Positions 51,989-62,594 of a stretch of DNA of 64,000 nucleotides are shown here, piece after piece; within the stretch, counting starts at the first letter, position 1; the number at the start of each line of letters is the position of its first letter. The translations under genes and the position numbers were made by a program. The DNA lies in NCBI GenBank assembly GCA_037444665.1, contig JBBILZ010000003.1, forward strand, positions 1-64,000. Reading direction: 5' to 3'. The stretch comes from a candidate division WOR-3 bacterium. Its GTDB lineage: Bacteria; Hydrothermota; Tepidihabitantia; SM23-42; JAOAFX01. The notes under the pieces are model-generated. The model did not search any database. It was given only the letters and a program-made list of their open reading frames with translations, and was not told where the DNA came from.

Positions 51989-52634
51989 TTATTCATACCA
52001 ATAGTCTCTTCGCTCCGGTATTCTTAATAATCTTGATATCATATCTTTGAAATCTTCGGCAAGTGAATATAAGGGTGTTGAAAGGTATACTGAAACTGCC
52101 CATAGAATTTTTTTGTCTTTATTCATTCCGATTAGTAAAGTAACAACATCACCCAAATCATATCCGCCAACAATATAAACATCTTTATAGTTCAGACGAA
52201 CGTAATCGTAGTATGCGGTTTCAATAAAAGGAATCGTTGCGCCTATAGATAATCGTTTCCACCAGAACATCATTGGCATTCGGTATTTTGGGATTAAAAA
52301 GATTTATTTTAAATGTTGCTGCGCCTACCCAGCTGATGGTGTCTGCATCTAAATTATAATTTAGACCACCAGTTATATGCATCTCAAAGTGAATTCTGTT
52401 ATTGGCTTTATCTTCTATCTCGTGCACAAAATAGAGCACATTCTGAAAAAGATTATAGTTATTTATTTTATCAATGACAGTTAATGAGTTAGAATCGTTG
52501 ATATCGTAAAAAGCTGTCGGAGCAGGTGGATAAAATCTCAATCCCTGGTAAGTTTGACTTAACATAATTACTGGTATTAAATAAAAGTAGATGCTAGACC
52601 ACTTTTTAAGCCGACACAGACCAATAAAATTCAT
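51989..52634 (-). pseudogene. probable frameshifted hypothetical exported protein (two overlapping ORFs)
   Basis: ORFs 52221..52634 and 51989..52279 overlap in adjacent frames; promoter and GAGG only before the first. Confidence 0.45.
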
Positions 52635-52776
52635 ATAGCCTCATATAATGATTATAATATAATAACTTTCCAAAAAGTCAAGACCCCAAACCACTGAACA
52701 TTTTCTAAAAAAGTTTGATATATATCTTTCCTCCCAACCTATTGACACAATGAATTTTTTTTAATATAATTAATTA

Positions 52777-54276
52777 ATGAATAACCATATATTCAGTTTA
52801 CTCCTATTTTCTCGACTGCTCTTTTGTACCACATATTATGTCTCTATCTCAGGTAATGATTACTGGCCTGGAACAAACCCGGACTCATCCTGGCGCCATA
52901 TCAACCATGCCTGCTCCACGGCTGTTGCGGGAGATACGGTCTGCGTATTACCCGGTGATTATAATGAACGCGCCATCCTGAGACACTCTGGCAATGCAAA
53001 TCAGAAGATTGTTTTTAAATCACAACCCCGCAGAACCGCAACAATCTGGGGGTTTGATACAAATTCTCCGAATAACGGCAGTTATGTGCGGATTGAAGGT
53101 TTTAATATTGAATGGGATACTTCATTAACAGGCTGGCGTGATTATGGAATATTTATCAGTAGCAATAATGTAGAAATTGTTGATAACTATATTGAAAATT
53201 TCCGACGCACAGCAATACAAGGAAACTGGTCTCAACCCTGGACCAGGAATAATTATATTGCAAATAATAGAATCTTCCATTCTCAGATGGGCATTGGTGT
53301 AGTGGGCACAAACTGGCTCATTGAAAATAACGAAGTTGAAAAACTTTATTATTATCGTCCTGGTGATTGTGATTATACAAGATTCTTTGGTGATACAATT
53401 GTGTTTCGCAATAATTACTTCCATGGGACTGATTTTGATTCCATTGGCTCAGCCCACGTTGATTGTTTCCAAACATTTGATAATAATGGCGAACATGCCT
53501 GTTATGTAACGATTGATGGAAACTGGTGCTTTGATTATCACCAGGGTTTTATGGGAGAGGCAAATTATTATCATAATTCTCACGATATTGTTTTCAAAAA
53601 CAATATTTTTGCCCGTGGTGGTGCATGGGGGCTATGTGTGAAGAATATTGCTAATGTTTCGGCATTGAATAATACCTTTGCCTATATTACCTGGCATGGC
53701 ATTGGTTTTTCTGGACAGTACGCACAGGGTGGTGTTGTGCGTAATAATATCTTTTTTAATACAAACACAAGTTATTGGTGGGATGATACTGCCCAGGCAA
53801 GTGGTGACTACAATTTAATATATGGAGCAAGCCCACCTACGATAGTGGGACCACATGACATCTTGAATCAAAATCCTAATTTTGTGGACCCCGGCAATAA
53901 TGACTTCAGGCTCCAACCCAATTCAATCGCAATTGATAATGGTGACTCGCTATTGAATGTTCTGTATGACATCATTGGTGTAAGCAGACCCCAGGGACAA
54001 AGATGGGACATCGGCGCCTATGAATATTTTTCGGGTGGAATAGAAAAAAATTATTCTGCGGAAGGAAGTATCAAGAAAATTTTTGTCATCACACCAAATC
54101 CTTTTGTCCATTATACACAAATTATCGGCATAAAAAGTGAAATAATTTTTGTATATGACATAACCGGCAGATTGGTCAATACATACCCTGCACAGCAAAT
54201 AGGACAGGACCTTAAACCAGGTGTTTATTTTATTAATGTCGCAAACAATTTCTACAAAACTATAAAAATAGAATAA
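52777..54276 (+). CDS. secreted right-handed parallel beta-helix protein with T9SS-type C-terminal domain
   Basis: YYVSISGND..G, AGDTV.V.PG.Y, Asn-rich coils, FRLQPNSIAID...DIGAYEY, YDITGR. Confidence 0.85.
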   Translation: MNNHIFSLLLFSRLLFCTTYYVSISGNDYWPGTNPDSSWRHINHACSTAVAGDTVCVLPGDYNERAILRHSGNANQKIVFKSQPRRTATIWGFDTNSPNNGSYVRIEGFNIEWDTSLTGWRDYGIFISSNNVEIVDNYIENFRRTAIQGNWSQPWTRNNYIANNRIFHSQMGIGVVGTNWLIENNEVEKLYYYRPGDCDYTRFFGDTIVFRNNYFHGTDFDSIGSAHVDCFQTFDNNGEHACYVTIDGNWCFDYHQGFMGEANYYHNSHDIVFKNNIFARGGAWGLCVKNIANVSALNNTFAYITWHGIGFSGQYAQGGVVRNNIFFNTNTSYWWDDTAQASGDYNLIYGASPPTIVGPHDILNQNPNFVDPGNNDFRLQPNSIAIDNGDSLLNVLYDIIGVSRPQGQRWDIGAYEYFSGGIEKNYSAEGSIKKIFVITPNPFVHYTQIIGIKSEIIFVYDITGRLVNTYPAQQIGQDLKPGVYFINVANNFYKTIKIE

Positions 54277-54334
54277 TTCTGACTCAATCTTGGATATGTT
54301 ATTTCTAAAACAGATTTAAGACAAAAGTGATATC

Positions 54335-55036
54335 TTATTCTATGTTCTTACCGTATAATTCTCCGTTAAAATAGTATTCTGACCAGTAAACTGTGCCGTT
54401 TTCAACATGAACCTGATACTGGTATTCACTCTGAGACCCCTCGTTATCAATGAATCTAATCACACCCTGCTCACGCGTGCCCTGCACTGTCCAGGTGCCT
54501 TTTGCGTGCTGGTCTGCAGCAGCACCCCACTCCTCACCTGATTCTGCACTGCTATAAGATGAGGTGTAACGATAACCGTATGTGCCATCTGCATAAAGCA
54601 CAACCATTGTTTCGGTGTTCTTTGTGAAATTTTTCCAGGTTCCAACAAAGTGTGATGTGATATCCATGCTCTCTGTACTACCTTTATCCAGACTGGGTTT
54701 TTCTTTTCCTGATACTTTTTCTTTTGCCTTCTTGAACTGCAATGAATACCCTTCTGGGTAATTTATGGTCAATACATCTTGTTCAAGTGAATAAGGATAA
54801 TCAACCCAACCAAAAAATTCATCCTCAACACGAATAATTCCTTCTGTGATTTCACAAGATAACTGTTCACCATTGTATATGAGTTCAGTTGCTGATTTGA
54901 TAATGAGCACAATATTTCCAGTTTCATTGCTGGATGTCCATTTACCTAACAGGTCCTTTATACCAGTTGCGCTGGCGAATAAAAGGGGAAGGTAAATCAG
55001 CATAAAACTGTACGAAAGTATTTTTTTCTGCATCAA
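54335..55036 (-). CDS. hypothetical exported protein (two LxGxW lipocalin-like modules)
   Basis: Signal peptide; LLGKW and FVGTW; AAAGGAG RBS. Confidence 0.7.
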   Translation of the reverse strand: MMQKKILSYSFMLIYLPLLFASATGIKDLLGKWTSSNETGNIVLIIKSATELIYNGEQLSCEITEGIIRVEDEFFGWVDYPYSLEQDVLTINYPEGYSLQFKKAKEKVSGKEKPSLDKGSTESMDITSHFVGTWKNFTKNTETMVVLYADGTYGYRYTSSYSSAESGEEWGAAADQHAKGTWTVQGTREQGVIRFIDNEGSQSEYQYQVHVENGTVYWSEYYFNGELYGKNIE

Positions 55037-55223
55037 TTCTCCTTTGTATTTGGAGTATATGTATTTTTCCGCTTATGTCAATACATCTTAAAAATAATAA
55101 AAACTATATTTTATTCAAACACTACGAGGAAAAGGAATTGATTTTTATAAAAAATTGCGTATAATCATTCTTGATGACTCTTCTCAAGCAAAAGTTAAAT
55201 TATCTTTATGGAGGTAAATTGCT

Positions 55224-56135
55224 ATGAGCATATTGTCGGTCATTGGAAATACTCCACTTGTAGAATTGACTAACTTAAATAATAAAAAGCCTCGGGTGAG
55301 AATTTTTGGTAAACTTGAAGGATGTAATCCTGGTGGTTCAGTCAAGGACCGTCCTGCCTATTATATGATTCAGAAAGCAGAAGAATCCAGGCAACTTACA
55401 ACAGACAAAATAATTATTGAGGCAACATCAGGGAACACAGGAATTGCACTGGCAATGATTGGTGCAGCAAAAGGTTATCGGGTAAAACTTTTTATGCCTG
55501 AGTGCGTGAGTGTTGAGCGACAATATATTCTTCAAGCCTTTGGTGCGGAAGTTGTTCTTACTCCAGCAAAAGAAGGAACTGATGGCGCAATCAAAAGGGC
55601 AATTGAGGTCTTAAAAAGTGAACCAGATAAATATTTTATGCCCAATCAATTTGAAAATGAGTATAATGTTCTTGCACATTATGAAACAACAGGACCTGAA
55701 ATTTTCGTCCAGACAAAAGGTGAGATAGATATATTCGTTGCCGGTATGGGCACAACAGGAACATTAATGGGTGTGAGCAGGTATCTTAAAGAAAAGAAGC
55801 CCGAAATAAAGATTATCGGTATTGAGCCGGTAAGGGGTCACACTATTCAGGGATTAAAAAATATGGAAGAATCAATTGTCCCGAAGATTTACAATTCCAA
55901 AGCACTGGATGAAAAGCTCACTATTGAGGATGGCGAGGCTTTTGAAACAACAAAATTACTCGTGAGAAAAGAAGGGCTATTTGTTGGTATGTCAAGTGGT
56001 GCAGCAGTAGCAGGGGCACTGCGTGTGGCAGAGAAGATTGATTCAGGCACAATCGTTGTAATTTTGCCTGACCGAGGTGACCGCTATTTGAGCACCACGC
56101 TGTTCAGGTCAATCTGTGCAAAATGCCCGCCATAA
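55224..56135 (+). CDS. cysteine synthase family PLP enzyme (CysM/CysK-like)
   Basis: NPGGSVKDR, EATSGNTGIA, GMGTTGT, GMSSGA, PDRGDRYLST. Confidence 0.92.
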   Translation: MSILSVIGNTPLVELTNLNNKKPRVRIFGKLEGCNPGGSVKDRPAYYMIQKAEESRQLTTDKIIIEATSGNTGIALAMIGAAKGYRVKLFMPECVSVERQYILQAFGAEVVLTPAKEGTDGAIKRAIEVLKSEPDKYFMPNQFENEYNVLAHYETTGPEIFVQTKGEIDIFVAGMGTTGTLMGVSRYLKEKKPEIKIIGIEPVRGHTIQGLKNMEESIVPKIYNSKALDEKLTIEDGEAFETTKLLVRKEGLFVGMSSGAAVAGALRVAEKIDSGTIVVILPDRGDRYLSTTLFRSICAKCPP

Positions 56136-56193
56136 TATTCTAATCGGAATATTTTTTTATTATTTTTGTATCTATAATTAAAAGGGGGCTAAC

Positions 56194-57531
56194 ATGTTAA
56201 GGTGTTTAGCGATATTTTTATTGGTGTTTTTGTGCAGAGGGCAAGAACCTTCAGGCATTAACCCGGAGAATATCACATTGCCTGGTGGCCATAAGGCATG
56301 GAAGATAACAATTCCTGGTAACAGACCCCTTGCAACAATTGCGTATGAAAACGGATTAGTCTTTCTTGGTGGGGGTTATGGTAGTTATGAATTTTATGCC
56401 TTAAATGCAGAGACTGGAAAACTTGTCTGGATGTTCAAGACCGGAGATGATGGGCCTACTGCAGCTGTGGTAAAGAATGGCTATGTAGTATTCAACACAG
56501 AATCCTGTATAATTTATGTACTCAAGGCAAAGACTGGTGAGAAGGTATGGGAAAAATGGCTGGGCGACCCTTTAATGAGCCAACCTGCACTGGATGAAGA
56601 GAATGTGTATATGGCATACCCGGGTAAAGATGGCTCACACCATCTTGCTTGTATGAAATTAAAGACTGGCAAAGAGGTCTGGGATGCAAAGATTGCAGGT
56701 GACCTTATATCAGCTCCTATTATTTACAAGGGGTCAGTATATATCACCTGTTTTGATGGGTCAGTATACCGCTATGATAAAACTAATGGGAAGCTTATCT
56801 GGTCGCAAAAGAAGAATGCCACCTGCGCTCCTACCATCTATAATGACAGAATCTTTGTCAGTATGCGCGAGGCACAAAAAGTAGGAAAGGATTCAGTTAA
56901 ACAGTATGAAGGGCTCGGTTCTCTTGACCAGAACAATGGCAATCAACAACAAAAAGAAATCTGGGCAAAGAGGGCGGCTGAATATCTTGTTTATGGCAGA
57001 ACATCAGCAAAAACCAAACAGCAAGCAGAACTTGATGCAAGTGTTGGATTCAGTTCTGCACCAGGTGCAGCAAAGATCAATCAAGCAATGGAAAATGTTG
57101 GGCAGGGTTCAGTGGTTGGATGCTGGGCATATCAGGGTTCTCGTCCCATTATACGGGATAAATATTCATACAATGCGATGGGCAATGAAGTTCAAAGCGT
57201 TGATATTGAGACCGGAAAGATTAAGTGGTCGCAAAAATATGATAAATTGACTGAAGAAAGTTATGGCGGCAGGGTCTTTACTCCTCCTTCTTATGCAAAT
57301 TCAAAACTCTTTATCGGTTCTGGAAGCGGTGAAATATTCTGTTTGCGCGAGGATAATGGAAAATTGCTCTGGAAGGAAAAGGTTGATGGCTCAATAAGTT
57401 TTCAACCGGCAATAGCGAATGGTTATGTCTTTGTGTCCTGTGATAATGGAAATTTGTATGGAATCAGAACTGGTGATAAGAATGATGACGGCTGGTATAT
57501 GTGGGGTGGTAATGCTGAACATAATAAATAA
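56194..57531 (+). CDS. PQQ-like beta-propeller repeat exported protein
   Basis: Repeated A.TGK..W motifs; signal peptide. Confidence 0.82.
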   Translation: MLRCLAIFLLVFLCRGQEPSGINPENITLPGGHKAWKITIPGNRPLATIAYENGLVFLGGGYGSYEFYALNAETGKLVWMFKTGDDGPTAAVVKNGYVVFNTESCIIYVLKAKTGEKVWEKWLGDPLMSQPALDEENVYMAYPGKDGSHHLACMKLKTGKEVWDAKIAGDLISAPIIYKGSVYITCFDGSVYRYDKTNGKLIWSQKKNATCAPTIYNDRIFVSMREAQKVGKDSVKQYEGLGSLDQNNGNQQQKEIWAKRAAEYLVYGRTSAKTKQQAELDASVGFSSAPGAAKINQAMENVGQGSVVGCWAYQGSRPIIRDKYSYNAMGNEVQSVDIETGKIKWSQKYDKLTEESYGGRVFTPPSYANSKLFIGSGSGEIFCLREDNGKLLWKEKVDGSISFQPAIANGYVFVSCDNGNLYGIRTGDKNDDGWYMWGGNAEHNK

Positions 57532-57748
57532 TTAGGCTCAGGCATTTTAATTTTGTAAAATTTAATTATTTGTTTTCTATCAGTTTTTTCCTGACTTCGC
57601 TTCCCAGAATGTAATTGTATAGTCAAGTGATTGCAACCGGGTGGAAAATGTAGTAACTATTGAAGAGCGGTCAAGCATAAAATTAATTGTATTTCATCAT
57701 CAACCCGAAATAACACCATTTATATCGTGTTAGAATAATACTCATTGA

Positions 57749-58315
57749 TTAATCTATCTTTATTGAATTTATAAAATTCTGTGCTTTTTCAAAACCCTGG
57801 GCAAAGTATATTTCAATGCCCTTGATTCCTTTATTAATAACCTCTTTTAATATTTCTTTCTCTTGATTTTCAAAACGACTCAAAACAAATTCTGCTGAAT
57901 CTATCGTGCGCCCTATAGACTCCTGATTAGCAACACCAATGCGCAATCTTGGAAAATCTTCTGTTTGTAATGCTTCAATAATGGACCTTAATCCAAGGTG
58001 TCCACCATCGCTGCCTCGGGCACGAAATCTTAATCTGCCCAGGGGTAGGTTTATGTCATCAACTATTACAAGAAAATCTTCGGGTTCATTTTCAAGAACA
58101 CGGGAAACCACAATGCCAGAACGATTCATAAATAAAAGGGGTTTTATTAGTCTTATCCCCTGTTCATTTTTTTTTATTATCGCCTGTTTGTATCCTGGAT
58201 AACTGCGAAATTTTATTCTGTATCTCTTTGCAATGTGGTCAAGAAAGATAAAACCAGTATTATGCCTTGTCCAGCGATATTTAATTCCAGGATTGCCAAG
58301 ACCAAAGATTATCAT
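57749..58315 (-). CDS. pth: peptidyl-tRNA hydrolase
   Basis: GLGNPG..Y..TRHN, FMNRSG, GSDGGHLGLRSI, RLRIGV. Confidence 0.95.
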   Translation of the reverse strand: MIIFGLGNPGIKYRWTRHNTGFIFLDHIAKRYRIKFRSYPGYKQAIIKKNEQGIRLIKPLLFMNRSGIVVSRVLENEPEDFLVIVDDINLPLGRLRFRARGSDGGHLGLRSIIEALQTEDFPRLRIGVANQESIGRTIDSAEFVLSRFENQEKEILKEVINKGIKGIEIYFAQGFEKAQNFINSIKID

Positions 58316-58397
58316 TACGAAGATTTATTTTCTATTGTTTCATTTAGTAAAACAGTACTAGTAAATCAGACAATTATATTAATAGAATGCGGCTATT

Positions 58398-59102
58398 TTA
58401 TTTTCCTTTCTGAACTTCTTTTGTGGGCTTTTCTTCTTTTGGCTTTTCCTCTTTTGGTTTCTCCTCTTTGGACGGTTTTTCTTCTTTAACCTCACCCTCT
58501 TTTGCCTCTTCTGCTGGTGTTTGCGCTGCTTCAGGAACAGGTGCTGGTTTTTCCACCTTTGGCACAAGTACTGAAACAACTGCTGTATCAAGCTTTGTCT
58601 CAAATTCTATATTTGGTATCACGATATCTTTCAGATGAATAGTCTTACCTATATCCAAATTTGAAATATCAACATCAATGTGCGATGGTATTTCATCGGG
58701 CAGACATCGTATTGCAACTTCGTATAGATGCTGGTCAAGAAGACCACCTTTCTTAACACCAGGTGCTTCACCTATTAAGTGGATAGGCACGGTTATCTTT
58801 ATCTTTTCTTTTTTGCTGATGTGTTGAAAATCAACATGCAATAGTTTTCCATTAATCGGATTATGCTGGATCGCTTTTATCAAGCAATTATAACTTTTGT
58901 CCTTTACCTTCAGATTTATAGTCACGGTTTCTTTTTTCAAAACATTTAGAATTTTATTGAATTCTTTTTCCAGGACAAAAATCCTCTTATTTTTATCCTT
59001 ATGGCCATATAAAATTGCAGGAATTTTACCTTCCTGTCTCATTCGTTTTACATCACCCTTTTTCTCAGGTTCATATAAATGGGCTTCCAGTTCCAATTTC
59101 AT
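58398..59102 (-). CDS. rplY: 50S ribosomal protein L25/Ctc
   Basis: GKIPAILYG, LHVDF, GVKKGG; charged C-terminal tail. Confidence 0.94.
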   Translation of the reverse strand: MKLELEAHLYEPEKKGDVKRMRQEGKIPAILYGHKDKNKRIFVLEKEFNKILNVLKKETVTINLKVKDKSYNCLIKAIQHNPINGKLLHVDFQHISKKEKIKITVPIHLIGEAPGVKKGGLLDQHLYEVAIRCLPDEIPSHIDVDISNLDIGKTIHLKDIVIPNIEFETKLDTAVVSVLVPKVEKPAPVPEAAQTPAEEAKEGEVKEEKPSKEEKPKEEKPKEEKPTKEVQKGK

Positions 59103-60049
59103 TCTGCAACCTCCTTGAATAAAGAACTTATTGACTCATTATTATGAATTCTTTTTATTGCCTCAGCAAGCAGTTCGGCAATTGATAAAATATCTAATTT
59201 TTCTATCATCTTTTCCCTCGCAATCTTCACGGTATTGGTTATTGCAAGTTTTTTGATTGGCGATTTATTTAACCTTGGTATTGCATCGCGCGAAAAAAGA
59301 CCGTGCACCGCACACACATAAATGTCTTTCACACCCTTATTCACCAGTGCTTCTGCTGCATCTATAATAGTCCCACCAGTATCAATCATATCATCATATA
59401 TAATCGCATTCTTACCTTGCACCTCACCAATAACATTCACCACCATTGATTGATTTGGACCAGTGCGCCTCTTATCAATAATGGCAATTGGAATATCTTT
59501 GCCAAGACGGCGTGCAAATGCCCTGACCCGATTTACCCTGCCTGCATCTGGTGAAACAACAATACAATTTTTGAGTTTTAACTGATGAAAGTAGTCTATA
59601 AATACAGGGACTGCATAAAGATGGTCCACTGGAATATTAAAGAATCCCTGAATCTGTTCAGCGTGCAGGTCAATTGTTAAAACCCGGTCTGCGCCACTTG
59701 CTGCGAGCAGGTCAGCAATCAACTTTGCGGAAATAGGAACCCGTGGCTCATCTTTTCGGTCCTGTCGCGCATATCCATAATAAGGGATTACTGCGGTTAT
59801 CCTTTCAGCAGATGCCCTTTTTGCTGCATCCAGGAAGAGTAAAAGCTCCAGTAAATTCTCTGCAGGTGGATTAGTTGATTGGACAATAAAAACATCCTGT
59901 CCCCTGATATTTTCTTCTATCTTTATCTTCAATTCACCATCAGCAAACTTCGTAACCGTACTTTTGCTTACAGATATACCTATATTTTTAGCTATCTCCT
60001 GTGTCAATTCAACGCTTGCACTACCTGCAAATAACATTATCTTTGCCAA
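59099..60049 (-). CDS. prs: ribose-phosphate pyrophosphokinase
   Basis: FADGE, PYYGYARQDRK, DLHAEQIQGFF, SPDAG, DDMIDTGGT. Confidence 0.96.
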   Translation of the reverse strand: MAKIMLFAGSASVELTQEIAKNIGISVSKSTVTKFADGELKIKIEENIRGQDVFIVQSTNPPAENLLELLLFLDAAKRASAERITAVIPYYGYARQDRKDEPRVPISAKLIADLLAASGADRVLTIDLHAEQIQGFFNIPVDHLYAVPVFIDYFHQLKLKNCIVVSPDAGRVNRVRAFARRLGKDIPIAIIDKRRTGPNQSMVVNVIGEVQGKNAIIYDDMIDTGGTIIDAAEALVNKGVKDIYVCAVHGLFSRDAIPRLNKSPIKKLAITNTVKIAREKMIEKLDILSIAELLAEAIKRIHNNESISSLFKEVAE

Positions 60050-60078
60050 TGAACCCCCTATTCCTATTTAACCATACA

Positions 60079-60149
60079 CTGGGGCGGGAGGAGTCGAACC
60101 TCCGCAACAGGATCCAAAATCCTGGGTCCTGCCATTAGACGACGCCCCA
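60079..60149 (-). tRNA. tRNA-Gln(UUG), CCA not encoded
   Basis: Acceptor TGGGGCG/CGCCCCA; arm CAGGA-TTTTGGA-TCCTG; typical ispE-tRNA-prs context. Confidence 0.95.
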
Positions 60150-60228
60150 AAAAAATCGTCAATCGTTATTGGGCATAGAGGCTGGTATGGTTTTCGGACT
60201 GCTACGCCATAAAACAATAAACCATTTT

Positions 60229-61062
60229 TTATACTGTCTCTGCCTCAAAATACATCGCGCCTATGCCTGACAGATATTTTATTACCTTCTTCTTCAAATT
60301 TTCATCAACAACTGCATAAAGACAGGAGCCACTACCAGACAATGAAACCATATAGACACCCGTGCCCAATAGATTATTTTTTATATCCAATAAATGTGGA
60401 TGCGCCTTAAATACAACCTTTTCAAAATCATTGTTCAAAAATAGTCCTGTTCTTGTCTGCTTCTTCTTTTTTGCCACTAATATGTTATCCAGGTCAATGC
60501 TCGTTGTCAAGTTTAATTTATCATACTCTTCATAAGCCCATTTTGTTGAGATTGGAAAACCCGGATAATAAATAATCAGTTCCATTTTTGGCAATTTAAA
60601 AAATTTCAATTCATCACCAACGCCCCGGGCAATTGCTGCTCCACCTTTAATGAAAAAAGGCACATCACAGCCCAATTTCCTGGCAAGTCCCATTAATTCA
60701 TCATCTGAAATATTAAGATTAAAGATTTCACGCAGACCCTTTAGTACACCTGCTGCATCAGAAGAACCACCACCAAGTCCGCCACCAATCGGGATGTTCT
60801 TCTGTAAAACTATCTTCACCCCTTCATTAATTCCATAGTGAGACAAAAAGAGTTGTGCTGCCTTAAAACAGAGATTCTCTTCAGTAGGAATTTTTAGAGT
60901 TTCTGCCAAAAGTTCTATTCCAGAATCCTTTTTTTCTATTACCAGCTTATCGCTCAGATTAATTGTAGAAAGCGTGGTTTCAATATTGTGATAACCATCC
61001 TCTCTTTTATTTAATATGGTCAATCCAATATTTATCTTGGCATAAGCATTTATTTTAATCAT
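60229..61062 (-). CDS. ispE: 4-diphosphocytidyl-2-C-methyl-D-erythritol kinase
   Basis: AKINIGL, REDGYH, KNIPIGGGLGGGSSDAA, GCDVPFF, SGSGS. Confidence 0.95.
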   Translation of the reverse strand: MIKINAYAKINIGLTILNKREDGYHNIETTLSTINLSDKLVIEKKDSGIELLAETLKIPTEENLCFKAAQLFLSHYGINEGVKIVLQKNIPIGGGLGGGSSDAAGVLKGLREIFNLNISDDELMGLARKLGCDVPFFIKGGAAIARGVGDELKFFKLPKMELIIYYPGFPISTKWAYEEYDKLNLTTSIDLDNILVAKKKKQTRTGLFLNNDFEKVVFKAHPHLLDIKNNLLGTGVYMVSLSGSGSCLYAVVDENLKKKVIKYLSGIGAMYFEAETV

Positions 61063-61409
61063 TTTATGACCTCAATCTTTACCTTCACAACCCCTTTTGC
61101 AATCATATCTATATCTCGGGCAGCAGCATAAGAGAGGTCAACAATTCTATTCCTTACAAACGGACCTCGGTCATTAACGCGGACAATCACACTCTTTTTA
61201 TTCTCCATATTTGTAACCCTTATCTTTGTTCCAAAAGGCAGTTTTCTATGGGCACAGGTATAGTCCCATTTATTATAAATCTCGCCTGAAGCAGTCTTTT
61301 TTCCATGAAATTCATCTCCGTAATAACTCGCCATTCCGTATTCTACAGATTGTGTCTGAACACCACCAGTTAAGCAGCAACAGCAAAATAAAACATTCAA
61401 AACCCACAT
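61059..61409 (-). CDS. rlpA: RlpA-family DPBB lytic transglycosylase
   Basis: GMASYYG..FHG.KTASGE, AHRKLPFGT, VNDRGPF, DLSYAAA. Confidence 0.92.
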   Translation of the reverse strand: MWVLNVLFCCCCLTGGVQTQSVEYGMASYYGDEFHGKKTASGEIYNKWDYTCAHRKLPFGTKIRVTNMENKKSVIVRVNDRGPFVRNRIVDLSYAAARDIDMIAKGVVKVKIEVIK

Positions 61410-61557
61410 ATAATCATTATAATAGAAAATATTTAGTTGTCAATAAAGGGAAGAACTAAATCTTCAATATCTATGCTATAACAATTAATTATCTTTGCGC
61501 TGCTACATCCTTAATTAATTTAATAAAATTTTCAAGAATCCATTAATGTCTGAATGG

Positions 61558-62412
61558 TTAATATATTATTATTATTTTACCTGTTCCAAAATCGTGCCTC
61601 ACGAAATAGACACCAGCAGGGATAAAACTCCCTTTGTCATCCTTTAAATCCCAGAAACAAATCCTGGAGTTTTCAGAAGAAAAAGTGCGCACTAATTTTC
61701 CGCTGAGATTATAAACATTTATTATTAATGGTTCCTGGGATTCAGGTAAAATAAACTTTACTTTACCTCCCGGACGAACAATATTGGGGGTCATCACAAC
61801 CACTTTTTGATCTTTCTTAATGCCTTCATCTTCTTTCACACCGCCAGGTCTTTCTATTGTGAGTTTTACATAATTACTCGTATTCTGAGTTGTTCCAGTT
61901 GTAGCATTATCGTCAAGCATATTATAAACACGTCTTGGAATGGATTCATTGGTCCGCCACATAGGAACACCTACATTATTATCGGTTAGCCACCTGATTT
62001 CAACCAGAAGATTGGAAGTATTATCGTAATTAAAACTAAGCGGCCATTCTAACCATTGATTGGCAATCCCACTAACTGTGAATGAAGCAGAATCAATTAA
62101 TAGTTCTGGTGTATTACCACTATAATTATCATCAAAAGTGGAACTCAATTGAGAAACATTGGTGTGACAGAAGTAAAGTCTGAAATTATTATAAACGCCC
62201 GTAGCACTAGTAGAAGGTTGAAACGCAAATTTGATGATCCGACCTTCGGTATTTATTTCACTCTGTAAGAACAATACCTGAAATCGGCAGGCATCATAGC
62301 TCTGACCCCAGAACGGAATATAGTTACCGATATAAGGGGTGCCTATTATTACTTCAGTTGTGTCCGCAAAGACTGTGATACACATAATGAAAACGGTGAG
62401 AATGTACTTCAT
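61558..62412 (-). CDS. secreted protein with FlgD-Ig/T9SS-type C-terminal domain
   Basis: Signal peptide; VYNLSGKLVR...WDLKDDKG...AGVYF; GAGGAGGT RBS. Confidence 0.8.
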   Translation of the reverse strand: MKYILTVFIMCITVFADTTEVIIGTPYIGNYIPFWGQSYDACRFQVLFLQSEINTEGRIIKFAFQPSTSATGVYNNFRLYFCHTNVSQLSSTFDDNYSGNTPELLIDSASFTVSGIANQWLEWPLSFNYDNTSNLLVEIRWLTDNNVGVPMWRTNESIPRRVYNMLDDNATTGTTQNTSNYVKLTIERPGGVKEDEGIKKDQKVVVMTPNIVRPGGKVKFILPESQEPLIINVYNLSGKLVRTFSSENSRICFWDLKDDKGSFIPAGVYFVRHDFGTGKIIIIY

Positions 62413-62594
62413 ATTACCTCCTCTTTAAAGAATTGTTATAACATTCTACTCAGATACTCTTTGTTGTCAACCATTTTTTTTGCCAGCACACCCTTTATCC
62501 TGCCCTAAAACGTGTTGAAATTTTAACAAAAATAAATGTAGCGAATCTCCGCTTAGCGCTTCTACCTCTCATTTTTAGCCCGGCCTCCTCTCCT

